A stretch of DNA of 43,372 nucleotides, taken from assembly GCA_049274895.1 (NCBI GenBank), contig JBASTM010000003.1:1-43372 (forward strand), given 5' to 3'. Under the pieces are notes generated by a model. It searched no databases. It was not told the DNA's origin and saw only the letters and a program-made list of their open reading frames with translations. This DNA is from Minisyncoccia bacterium (GTDB lineage Bacteria > Patescibacteriota > Minisyncoccia > JACQLN01). The position numbers were made by a program, and so were the translations under genes. Shown here piece after piece: positions 8,461 to 16,797 of this stretch; position 1 is the first letter of the stretch; every line of letters starts with the position of its first letter.

Positions 8461-9074
8461 TGCGCTTGGCGTTTTTGGCAAGCGCGAGAGTTTGGCACCC
8501 TGTGTTTCCCATTTATTTATTGAAAGAACTATCCATGACTGCGTAAAAAACTAAAGAACTACTGCGAGACGACTGATGTTCCGTCTAGGCCGGAACTTGC
8601 CCATCGGGTTCATCGACCCTTCAGGGTCGAACGACCTATTCCCTCCGATAAAATCCGGAGAGAGAATTTGTTGGATCGGTTCTAGTCGACCGATCTGGTA
8701 ATGTTTGGGTCGGAACCGACCCAACAACTCTTCGCGGTTTTTTTGCCGCGAGATGCCCAGCACCTTATCAAGGCGCCGGAATGTTCTAAGGCATTCCAAT
8801 TTTAATCCCGTAAAGGGACGTGGTCCCAACGGGACTTTACGTCCGGATGCCTCAGAGCTCTAGCCGATTCATCCCTTATGGGGAGATAAAAAGAACAAGT
8901 TATGCCAACAATAACCAGTTGGCACCTGCGCGAACAATTGAACCAGTTAGAACTGATTCAATTTTCGCACTTTGATCTTGAAAAGTAAATGCTTACGATG
9001 TTTAATATATCGCTAAAATCGCATGCGACTTAATCGTCGCATGGTTGCTTGGCTTTAGGGGCGTCGTCCGACGG

Positions 9075-9803
9075 TTATTTTTCCGGAGCGGAGTTGTTTT
9101 CCACAGTCGCTCGGCCGTGTTTTTTGGCCCGGGCGTGATTGGAGACCGGAAAGTGATAAGCGATCAGATTAGGCGTGACGTTAAAATCAAAGTCCGGAGA
9201 GTTTTTGTCCGTCACCGCGCGGTTAAATTTTTTTCTTAAATAACGCGCCTGCAGAGCGTAGGATATTTTTTCCAACAACAAACCCGCGCCGGAATAGTCC
9301 AAAATTTTTTCCGTAATTATTTTCACCACCGCGCGGTTCTTGTTTGAAATTAGATTCTCCGAAGAATCGGCCGGCAGTTCTTCGAAATTTTTTATCCACG
9401 AATTTTTTTCCCAAAATTTTTTGATTTCCATCCGGTCGCCCCAGACCGGTTTCATGTTTTTATAAAAACGGGCCCCGACGGCGTCTTGATGCGGCAGGAC
9501 GGGTTCGCGGCTAGAGAGAGAAATATTAAAACAAATTTTGTTTTTAAAATTATTTTTTGTTCTTCTTATTTTAAATATTCTGGTTAACGCTTCCAAAAAA
9601 AATCTGTTTAGCCACAGCCGGTTGTTTTGAGAAACAATTATAAGATCAAGGTCGCTTTCGGGTCGGGGATCGCCCGTCGTTGTTGAACCGGCCAGAAACA
9701 AAGCGCGAGTGTAAGGCGCCATCAACAAAACCGGCAGAAACTTTTTAAGCTCTGCCAGTTTAACTTTAACTTCCGGATTAGAGTTTTTATTCACTGAGTT
9801 CAT
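9075..9803 (-). CDS. Nucleotidyltransferase-domain protein (Pol-beta-like NTase fold)
   Basis: Motif LFLAGSTTTGDPRPESDLDLIIV (GS...DxD) with a C-terminal helical domain. Confidence 0.5.
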   Translation of the reverse strand: MNSVNKNSNPEVKVKLAELKKFLPVLLMAPYTRALFLAGSTTTGDPRPESDLDLIIVSQNNRLWLNRFFLEALTRIFKIRRTKNNFKNKICFNISLSSREPVLPHQDAVGARFYKNMKPVWGDRMEIKKFWEKNSWIKNFEELPADSSENLISNKNRAVVKIITEKILDYSGAGLLLEKISYALQARYLRKKFNRAVTDKNSPDFDFNVTPNLIAYHFPVSNHARAKKHGRATVENNSAPEK

Positions 9804-11235
9804 CGGAATCGCTACTGTTGTTTATCGCATCAATCGCTTTTAACATAGAACTCTTGGAGGTGGTGATTAAGAGAATATCATCAACTAAAACATACTCCAC
9901 TGTTATGGTGTTTAGAGGCAGGTTTTTATAACGGATGGTCTCGCCTTGGTAAGTACCGGTTTGAAAAGCGGTGGTGGCGGCAGCGCCAGATTTGGCCAGG
10001 ATCATCGGTTTTAAGTCGGCGGCTATAGTTTTTTCCCAAGCTCTAAGCGCGCCGGAAATCATGGTAGCGTCCCCTACTTTTATGGCGAGGCCCAAACGCG
10101 GCCCCCAGCACTGGGGTAAATTATTCTTGGCGCGGGCGCACTCGCTTTGATCAAAAGTGTTGCCGCCAAAACCGAAGATATCAAACTCTGCGGCGAGTTC
10201 TTTACTTACCGCGGCCGGAATTTTTATTTTTAACGCGCTGGTAACATCGGCTAGTGTGGTTGGCAGGGTTGTGGCGGGGTCCGAGGCCGCTATGGCTATT
10301 TTGACTAACTCGTCTGGGCTAATAATATCGCCGGATAAACTAGTCAAACTGCTCGGATCCAAGGTTTGAATGCGGTCGTAATTCAATAAACCTGATGGTT
10401 TCTCCGGTTCGGTGGCTAGAGGTGTTTCCACCGCCGGGGGCAGTAAAGGTTGAAGCTCTGGGGGCGGCGGCAATAATTCTTGAGCCGTGGGCGCGCTGGG
10501 TTCTTGGCGCAAAAAGAACCACCAGATTTCACCGATCACGAAAGTGAGAATCAAGGCTCCCAAAACAGCCATCAAAATTAATTTTTTCTTGGAGCCGCTT
10601 GCCGCTTGTCTCAAGGCCGGAGCGGATTTGGGTAATTGAGGCAGAGGCGGCAAAGCTGCCGGCGGTGCCGGTCTGGGCAGGGGCGGGAGTAAAGGTCGGG
10701 TTTGGCTGGGCGGTAGGTTGCGTGGCGGGGTCGGCCTCTCGACTACGCTCGGGGCCAGCGGGCTAATTGGCAGAGGTGGTGGAGTCAATGGCCTTGGAAT
10801 TGGTGGCGCGGGCCTAAGCGGTGGTCTATCTGTGGGCAGATCCAGGGGAGGCCCGGCTTGAGAAAAAGATTGTGTTTGTCTTGGAAGCGGCATAATTGGC
10901 TGGCTTATCGGCGTATTAAAAGGAGGCCGTGGTTTTGATACTGGCGGCCAGTTGGGTTGGGGTAGGGTTGCCGGAGAAGTTGGGGTTGATTTTGGGGATG
11001 AGCCCGGCGGCGGCAGAGTTATTTTAGGGAAAGATGGTTTTATCTTTTCCTGTGTCGGAGGAGCTGAATTTGTCTCGGTTGGTTTTGATACTGGCGGCGC
11101 TGCAGGCGGCTCAACGGTTATGGGGCTAGAGACGGGGGCTTCGCCTTTTTTTAAGGCCTCAAGATCGCCGGCCATGGTGCGGATGCGGTAGGTCGGCAAA
11201 GTTTGGGGGTTGGAAGTTGTGGGAGCAGCAGACAT
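9787..11235 (-). CDS. Proline-rich membrane-anchored protein (long P/S/T-rich low-complexity N-terminal region, one TM, C-terminal globular domain)
   Basis: ~200 aa of PxxP-rich sequence, TM helix LILMAVLGALILTFVIGEIWWFF and a C-terminal domain of ~230 aa. Confidence 0.5.
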   Translation of the reverse strand: MSAAPTTSNPQTLPTYRIRTMAGDLEALKKGEAPVSSPITVEPPAAPPVSKPTETNSAPPTQEKIKPSFPKITLPPPGSSPKSTPTSPATLPQPNWPPVSKPRPPFNTPISQPIMPLPRQTQSFSQAGPPLDLPTDRPPLRPAPPIPRPLTPPPLPISPLAPSVVERPTPPRNLPPSQTRPLLPPLPRPAPPAALPPLPQLPKSAPALRQAASGSKKKLILMAVLGALILTFVIGEIWWFFLRQEPSAPTAQELLPPPPELQPLLPPAVETPLATEPEKPSGLLNYDRIQTLDPSSLTSLSGDIISPDELVKIAIAASDPATTLPTTLADVTSALKIKIPAAVSKELAAEFDIFGFGGNTFDQSECARAKNNLPQCWGPRLGLAIKVGDATMISGALRAWEKTIAADLKPMILAKSGAAATTAFQTGTYQGETIRYKNLPLNTITVEYVLVDDILLITTSKSSMLKAIDAINNSSDSDELSE

Positions 11236-11402
11236 TTTATTAAATTACAAATCCCAAAATCCAAATCACAAACAAAAAGTTTAGCGTTAATGGGTAACGA
11301 AACCCGCCTACGGCGGACAAGCCCGTATCGTTTAAGGTTTTACGTTAAACGTAACCGGCTGATGATACGGGCCTCGCAACCCTTGGACTTATTTGCTGTT
11401 TG

Positions 11403-13517
11403 TTATCTGGTGCTTGTATTTTTATTGGCTTGAGCATCTTTCAACGAGAGGTTGATTCTGCCTTCGCTGTCTATATTTTTAACCACCACCGGCACAATGT
11501 CGCCGATTTTAACAATATCTTCAACTTTATTGACGCGGTGAGGCGCCAGCTCGGAAATGTGGATCAAGCCCTGCTGGCCCGGCAGAATCTCGGCGAAAGC
11601 CCCAAAATTGAGTATTCTTACTATTTTGCCCTGAAAAATTTCACCGGGCACCACCTCGTGCGTGATGTTCTTAATCCATTCCAGTGCCTTTTGGGCCGAG
11701 TCGTCGTTTTCGGAGGTGATGAATATCAAACCGCTGTCTTCAATATCTATTGTAACACCAGTGGCGTCGGTTATCTGGTGGATGGTTTTTCCGCCCGAGC
11801 CGATAACATCCCTAATTTTATCAGGATTTATTTTCAAAGTTAAGATCTTAGGTGCATAAGGTGAGAGTTTCTCCCGTGGGGCCGGGATAATTTTGGCCAT
11901 GGCCGAGAGTATTTCCAACCTGGCCGAGCGAGCTTGGGTTAGCACCGCTTCTAAAATTTTAGTAGTCAACCCCGACACCTTAACATCCATCTGCAGAGCA
12001 TTGATGCCGTCGGCCGTGCCGGCCACCTTAAAATCCATATCGCCGTAATGGTCCTCCGGTCCGGCCAAATCGGTGATCACCGTAAATTTTTGGTCGGGAT
12101 TTTTGGTGTCGGCCACAAACAAGCCCATAGCGATGCCGGCCACCGGTTTTTTAATTTTAACGCCTGCGTCCATCAAGGCCAAAGTGGAGCCGCAGACCGA
12201 GGCCATAGAGGTAGAACCGTTGGAGGACAAAATTTCAGTAACCACGCGGATGGTGTAAGGAAATTCTTCTTTGGAGGGAATGATGGGTTCCACAGCCCTT
12301 TCCGATAAAGCGCCGTGGCCGATTTCTCTGCGGCCGGGAAACCCCACTCGCCCCGTTTCACCCGAGGAAAACGGCGGGAAATTATAATGATGAAAGTAAC
12401 GTTTGGTGCCCACAAACTCCATGGTTTCAATAGATTGTTCCAAACCCGGCGCGGCCAAAGTGGCGGCGCACAAAGCTTGGGTTTGGCCTCTTTGGAAAAT
12501 GGCCGAGCCGTGAGTCCGCGGCAGTACGCCGACTTCTATATAAAGCGGCCTGATTTCGTCCATAGCCCGGCCATCCACTCTTTTTTGAGTGGTCAGCGTG
12601 TTTTTATGCATTATTTCATTCAGTTCTTCTTCTAGAAGCGTTTCTGCCTCGGCTAGCGTTTTTTGATTTTTACCCGACTCGGCCAGCCAGCCCAGCAAAT
12701 CTTTTTTTATTTCTTCAACACCGTCGTAATTTTCCCCCGATAATATTTCCGCCAACTTTACTCCCAGCTGGCTTTTAATTTCTTTTCTTAAAGCTTCATC
12801 GGGTTTAGGTACCGGGACGGCAATTTTGCCGCGTCCGACTTCGTCGGCGAATTTATTTTGAAACTCAATAAGCTTTTGGATTTCTTGTTGGGCTTTCTCG
12901 AAAGCCATCACCAAATCACTTTCACTGACTTCGTTGGAACCGCATTCAATCATATTAACCAAATGCTCCGGCCCGGAAACCACCAAATCCAAATCGCCTT
13001 TTTCTCTTTCGGCGTAGCTGGGGTTGGTTATCAGTTGTTTGTTGGAATCGCGTCCGACCCGGACAGCGGCCACGGGGCCGTTCCAAGGGATGCCGGAAAT
13101 AAGAAGCGCCGCGGAAGCCGCGGTTATGGCTGGTATGTCGGGGTCATTTTGGCCGTCAAAAGATAAGGTGGTGAGTATGACTTGAACCTCGTTTCTTAGT
13201 CGGGAATTAAAAAGCGGGCGCAGGGTTCTATCTACCAGCCGGCTGGTTAAAATGGCTTCGTCGGTCGGCCGCCCTTCCCTTTTTACCCAGCGCGAGCCCT
13301 TGATGCGGCCGGCCGCATAGAGCTTTTCGTCAAAGTCCACAGTCAAAGGGAAATAGTTTATGCCTATGCGCTCCGTTTTGGCTATGACCGCCGTGGCTAA
13401 AACCATTGTCTCGCCGTAACTAGCCACTACCGCGCCGTTGGCCTGCCCGGCCAGGCGCCCGGTCTCTAAAACCAGTTTTTTGCCGCCGATTTCAATCTCG
13501 GCTTTTTTTATTTCCAT
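11403..13517 (-). CDS. pnp: Polyribonucleotide nucleotidyltransferase (PNPase)
   Basis: 704 aa with two RNase PH domains plus KH and S1 domains; lies downstream of rpsO. Confidence 0.9.
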   Translation of the reverse strand: MEIKKAEIEIGGKKLVLETGRLAGQANGAVVASYGETMVLATAVIAKTERIGINYFPLTVDFDEKLYAAGRIKGSRWVKREGRPTDEAILTSRLVDRTLRPLFNSRLRNEVQVILTTLSFDGQNDPDIPAITAASAALLISGIPWNGPVAAVRVGRDSNKQLITNPSYAEREKGDLDLVVSGPEHLVNMIECGSNEVSESDLVMAFEKAQQEIQKLIEFQNKFADEVGRGKIAVPVPKPDEALRKEIKSQLGVKLAEILSGENYDGVEEIKKDLLGWLAESGKNQKTLAEAETLLEEELNEIMHKNTLTTQKRVDGRAMDEIRPLYIEVGVLPRTHGSAIFQRGQTQALCAATLAAPGLEQSIETMEFVGTKRYFHHYNFPPFSSGETGRVGFPGRREIGHGALSERAVEPIIPSKEEFPYTIRVVTEILSSNGSTSMASVCGSTLALMDAGVKIKKPVAGIAMGLFVADTKNPDQKFTVITDLAGPEDHYGDMDFKVAGTADGINALQMDVKVSGLTTKILEAVLTQARSARLEILSAMAKIIPAPREKLSPYAPKILTLKINPDKIRDVIGSGGKTIHQITDATGVTIDIEDSGLIFITSENDDSAQKALEWIKNITHEVVPGEIFQGKIVRILNFGAFAEILPGQQGLIHISELAPHRVNKVEDIVKIGDIVPVVVKNIDSEGRINLSLKDAQANKNTSTR

Positions 13518-13528
13518 TTCAGATCGTG

Positions 13529-14056
13529 TTAGCCGGTCCTTTTGTTAATATTTTTGCCCAACAAATACTGCGGGCCGGAAGCCAAGTCGGTAAACATATC
13601 GGCTTCTTCTATCAGTTTGCCGGAAGCGCTTCTTTCAAAAGCCATAACCTCCACCTGCAGGCCGCTGTTGAATTTTAAGTATTCCACTAAGGGCACAAAG
13701 TCGCCATCGCCCGTTACTAGAACAATGGCATCCAGTGTGTGGGACAACCGCACCGCGTCCACTGCCATGCCCACATCCCAATCGCCCTTTTTCATCCCAC
13801 CTGGGAAAATCTGCAGGTCTTTGACCCTCATTTCTATGCCCAATTTAGTCAGGACTTCGAAAAAAGATTTTTCTTCGCCGCTTTCGGTTTTAATCACATA
13901 AGCAATGGCCCGCACCAACTTGCGGCCGCTGATGGCTGATTTCAAAACTTCTTTAAAATTTACTCGGCTGGAATAAATGTTGCGGGCGGAATGGTAAAGA
14001 TTTTGTACATCTATCAACACCCCCACCCTTTGTTCTTTATGTTTGATAACGCTCAT
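13529..14056 (-). CDS. NYN/LabA-like (PIN-like nuclease fold) domain protein, inserted between rpsO and pnp
   Basis: [11 protein letters not shown]...[11 protein letters not shown]...[13 protein letters not shown]. Overlaps the rpsO stop by 4 nt. Confidence 0.7.
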   Translation of the reverse strand: MSVIKHKEQRVGVLIDVQNLYHSARNIYSSRVNFKEVLKSAISGRKLVRAIAYVIKTESGEEKSFFEVLTKLGIEMRVKDLQIFPGGMKKGDWDVGMAVDAVRLSHTLDAIVLVTGDGDFVPLVEYLKFNSGLQVEVMAFERSASGKLIEEADMFTDLASGPQYLLGKNINKRTG

Positions 14057-14319
14057 TTCTTTAGCCCTAATTTGCGAATCAGGGAATTATATTTTTTCTC
14101 GTCGTTTTTGGATAAATAGTCTAATAAACTTTTTCTTTTAGCCACCATTTTGAGCAGTCCTCGGCGGGAGTGGTTATCTTTGGGGTGTTTTTTTAGATGC
14201 AAAGCCAGCCGATTTATTTCCTCGGTGACTACGGCCACTTGGACACTGGCCGATCCCGTATCTTTTTCGTGATCTTGAAAGGATTTGATTAATTTCTCCT
14301 TTTGTTTTGTAGTAAGCAT
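14053..14319 (-). CDS. rpsO: 30S ribosomal protein S15 (likely start MLTTKQKEK; the ORF-track ATG at 14331 is 4 codons upstream)
   Basis: ...[53 protein letters not shown]... Confidence 0.8.
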   Translation of the reverse strand: MLTTKQKEKLIKSFQDHEKDTGSASVQVAVVTEEINRLALHLKKHPKDNHSRRGLLKMVAKRKSLLDYLSKNDEKKYNSLIRKLGLKK

Positions 14320-14568
14320 AAACCAACACACCGAATATATGGATATTCGTTTTCGGTTGCTTTAATTCATTTTTTTAATGTTAACACCCCTTTATATTTT
14401 TAGCAAATCTATTGATTATATACTTATACATTTGGTTATACACAGCGTCACACACGACTGTACCCTTATACCCTCCCCCATCCTATAACCTATAATATAT
14501 CATCAAAATGCTGGAGCATGATAGTGAATAATTACAAGTGATTATATTATTATAATATTTAGTAGATA

Positions 14569-15027
14569 TTAATAGATAGCGGATTTCAAATGTTTGACTT
14601 TTGCTTTTCTTTTATTGGTATCTAACTCCACCAATATAGCATCTATTTGCCACTCTATGTCTGGATTTATGCCCTTTTCTGAAATGTATAATTGACATGT
14701 TCTGATAAGTTTTCTTTGTTTATTTGAGGTTAAGTTGTCTTCTGGTGTCAGAAAATTGGTATTTTTTAATGTTTTTACTTCCACAAACACTAATTTGTTA
14801 TCATTTGTTCCACGTGGAACATTTCTTATGCCTCTGTTCCACGTGGAACATAACAAGTTGAGTATAGATTCCTTTTTTGAGCAAATAATATCTATCTCGC
14901 CCCATTTTCTTTTAAAATTCCTTTCTAATATCTCGTAACCTTTCTGTTTTAGAAAACGACAAGCGACATTTTCTCCAATTTTACCTATTTTTATATGATT
15001 TGAGAGTTTTTGTTCCACGTAGAACAT
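14569..15027 (-). CDS. yraN: YraN/UPF0102 family endonuclease homolog with an in-frame ~24-aa insertion carrying two 16-bp palindromes
   Basis: GENVACRFLKQKGYEILERNFKRKWGEIDIICSKKE-[SILNLLCSTWNRGIRNVPRGTNDNK]-LVFVEVKT. The true start may lie downstream of the first palindrome. Confidence 0.6.
   Translation of the reverse strand: MFYVEQKLSNHIKIGKIGENVACRFLKQKGYEILERNFKRKWGEIDIICSKKESILNLLCSTWNRGIRNVPRGTNDNKLVFVEVKTLKNTNFLTPEDNLTSNKQRKLIRTCQLYISEKGINPDIEWQIDAILVELDTNKRKAKVKHLKSAIY
14806..14850. repeat. Two copies of the perfect palindrome TGTTCCACGTGGAACA (14806..14821 and 14835..14850), in-frame inside yraN
   Basis: Read directly from the sequence; start positions are 29 bp apart. They encode CSTWN and NVPRGT. 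Confidence 0.8.
15011..15026. promoter_or_regulatory. Third palindrome copy (TGTTCCACGTAGAACA) at the annotated yraN start, facing the divergent paaX-like gene; candidate operator
   Basis: One mismatch relative to the intragenic copies. Lies in the 140-bp divergent region between yraN and the PaaX-like regulator. Confidence 0.4.
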
Positions 15028-15166
15028 TATTATTGTAGTAAGCAGGCAGTATCACAAGTAACATTAGTCTAATTAAGTCTAGTATGAAAGTATTACAAGA
15101 TAATGCTGGAGCTTGAAGATGGATGAGGGATAGTGAAAATGGTGGTATAATTTACTTAAACTTAAA

Positions 15167-15736
15167 ATGGAGTCAAGGTATTTTAACAAACTCGGGCCGA
15201 CCCAGAAGAAAGTGTTGTTGCTTCTCTTAGGAGGAGTGGGTTTGTCTTTGGCCGGATCCCCTCAAAGATATTTTGGTGTTATCAAAAGCGTGGCCGACGA
15301 GTGGCGTAAGATTAACGAGAACTCTTTGAAACGAGCCATAAAAACTCTTTATCAATCGCGGCTTATAGAAACCAAAGAACATCCCAATGGTTCTATGACG
15401 GTGGTTCTTTCCGAAAACGGCAAAAGAAAAGCGTTAAGCTATAACATGGATACCATGACAGTCAAAAAACCATCAACATGGGACGGCCGGTGGCGTATGG
15501 TTATGTTTGATATTCCCGACAAAAGGAAAAAAGAGCGAGAAGTTCTAAGATCGCTGCTTAAACAATTGGGCTTTGTTCAATACCAAGAAAGCGCTTTTAT
15601 TATACCTTATAAGTGTAAAAATGAGATAGATTACGTGGTGGAGTTCTATAATCTTAGACCTCATGTAAGGTTATTGGAAGTTAATTCTTTTGATGATGAT
15701 CTGGCTTTTAAGAAACATTTTGGCCTGATTGCCTAG
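15167..15736 (+). CDS. PaaX-family-like transcriptional regulator (short form)
   Basis: The segment WDGRWRMVMFDIPDKRKKEREVLRSLLKQLGFVQYQESAFIIPY matches the PaaX C-domain signature (WDGKW...GFG.L..S...P). The N-terminal region resembles a winged helix. Confidence 0.5.
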   Translation: MESRYFNKLGPTQKKVLLLLLGGVGLSLAGSPQRYFGVIKSVADEWRKINENSLKRAIKTLYQSRLIETKEHPNGSMTVVLSENGKRKALSYNMDTMTVKKPSTWDGRWRMVMFDIPDKRKKEREVLRSLLKQLGFVQYQESAFIIPYKCKNEIDYVVEFYNLRPHVRLLEVNSFDDDLAFKKHFGLIA

Positions 15737-15855
15737 ATTTTCTGCTGATTTCGTTGGTTGTTTCGTCGGTTGTTAAAACTTTTTTCATTTCAAAGCTGCA
15801 GCATGAGAATGGAGAGAGAGGAGAGAGAGGGGGGAGGAGAATGTAGCTAATTAAG

Positions 15856-15928
15856 TGGGCGTGCCTGGACTCGAACCAGGAACCGCAGAGGTATAAGCTC
15901 TGTGCTCTAACCAATTGAGCTACACGCC
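15856..15928 (-). tRNA. tRNA-Ile with anticodon UAU (reads AUA)
   Basis: Cloverleaf GGGCGTG-TA-GCTC-AATGGTTA-GAGC-A-CAGAG-CTTATAC-CTCTG-CGGTT-CCTGG-TTCGAGT-CCAGG-CACGCCC-A, with U33 and A37 present. Coordinates anchored on the antisense ORF 15708..15914. Confidence 0.7.
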
Positions 15929-16027
15929 CCCACCTATGTTTAACACTGTAGCTAAAAAAAGATTATTCTTCAAGGATTGATAAAAAAATCCCCGAGCATG
16001 CGATCGCATGCTCGGGGAATGTGGTTT

Positions 16028-16636
16028 TTATCGAAGTTCACCTCCTTCTTCGGTCAGGTCTCGGGAGTTTCGGGAGGCTCTCGAAAATGATGGGCGGATG
16101 TAGAGAAGGTACATGATGAAAGTTTCTGTTGTCAGAAACGTTACCGACTGGGAAGCATCGGCAAAGGCCCAGCGCTTAATGCCGAGGACGGCGCAGATGC
16201 AGGAGGCCCAGAACAGCGTCCAGGCCAGTTTGTTTTCCCGGCTCGGATCTTTCCAGATCGAGGCGAATGTTGGTATGGAACCAATAACCACGATTACCTG
16301 GCTGGTTACGATTCCGAGCACTGGGTTTTCGAATGTGAACCAGAGTGCAAGTCCCAGCGTCGCGCCGGCAAAGCAGAACTTGTCGAGTCTGGTCCAACCC
16401 GGTATTCCGTACTTTATAGTCAGGCCCAAAACCGAAAGATCGCCAATAGTGACTGCCACACTCAATCCATTGACCGCTTTTTCTAAGAACATCCCTGTAA
16501 GCGTGATGATGCTCAAGATTGTCCAGATGATCCATGATGCTTTGACTGGTTGAGCTTCTTTTTTCAGGATGGCGCGGATATATGGTACGTATCCGGCCAG
16601 CCAGATGATACCGGATAGGATGGAGAGTGTCTCTTT
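16028..16636 (-). CDS. Polytopic membrane protein (~6 TM), likely GTG start preceded by GGAGG; the ORF-track ATG at 16699 lies upstream of the mapped promoter -10
   Basis: Hydrophobic helices throughout. SD GAGGAGG-N4-GTG at aa 22 of the track ORF. A consensus promoter sits at 16689..16727. Confidence 0.5.
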   Translation of the reverse strand, partial: KETLSILSGIIWLAGYVPYIRAILKKEAQPVKASWIIWTILSIITLTGMFLEKAVNGLSVAVTIGDLSVLGLTIKYGIPGWTRLDKFCFAGATLGLALWFTFENPVLGIVTSQVIVVIGSIPTFASIWKDPSRENKLAWTLFWASCICAVLGIKRWAFADASQSVTFLTTETFIMYLLYIRPSFSRASRNSRDLTEEGGELR

Positions 16637-16688
16637 CACCTTTTCCTCCTCTTGGAAGATACGATTTTGGATAGAAGGATCTATTATT

Positions 16689-16727
16689 AATTGTAGCAAA
16701 TATATATATATTTGTCAATATGAGGAA
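16689..16727 (-). promoter_or_regulatory. Sigma70-type promoter TTGACA-N17-TACAAT on the minus strand
   Basis: Minus-strand reading ...CCTCATATTGACAAATATATATATATTTGCTACAATTAA. Shares the TTAATTGTAGCAAATATATA...TTGTCAATA block with 21237..21268. Confidence 0.6.
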
Positions 16728-16746
16728 AATCAGCTGTTTAAGCCAA

Positions 16747-16776
16747 CCAAAAACTCCCCCTAAGGGGAGTTTTTGG
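16747..16776. terminator. Bidirectional intrinsic terminator (AAAAACTCCCCC-TAA-GGGGAGTTTTT)
   Basis: Perfect hairpin flanked by an A-run and a T-run, immediately after the ftsH stop. Confidence 0.7.
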
Positions 16777-16797
16777 TATCAAATAAGTCAGAATCGT

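Noticed and set aside
8465-9040. tmRNA, RNase P RNA or SRP RNA identity for the structured region
   Set aside because: No GGTTCGANTCC tRNA-like 3' end, no GGAAAGTCCGG / ACAGAANCCGGCTTA P4 strands, and no GGAAGCAGCCAAGG SRP motif by eye. Left as an unclassified candidate ncRNA.
15708-15914. Minus-strand ORF (68 aa)
   Set aside because: Lies entirely antisense to, and overlaps, tRNA-Ile(UAU). Low-complexity PPLSPLSP translation.
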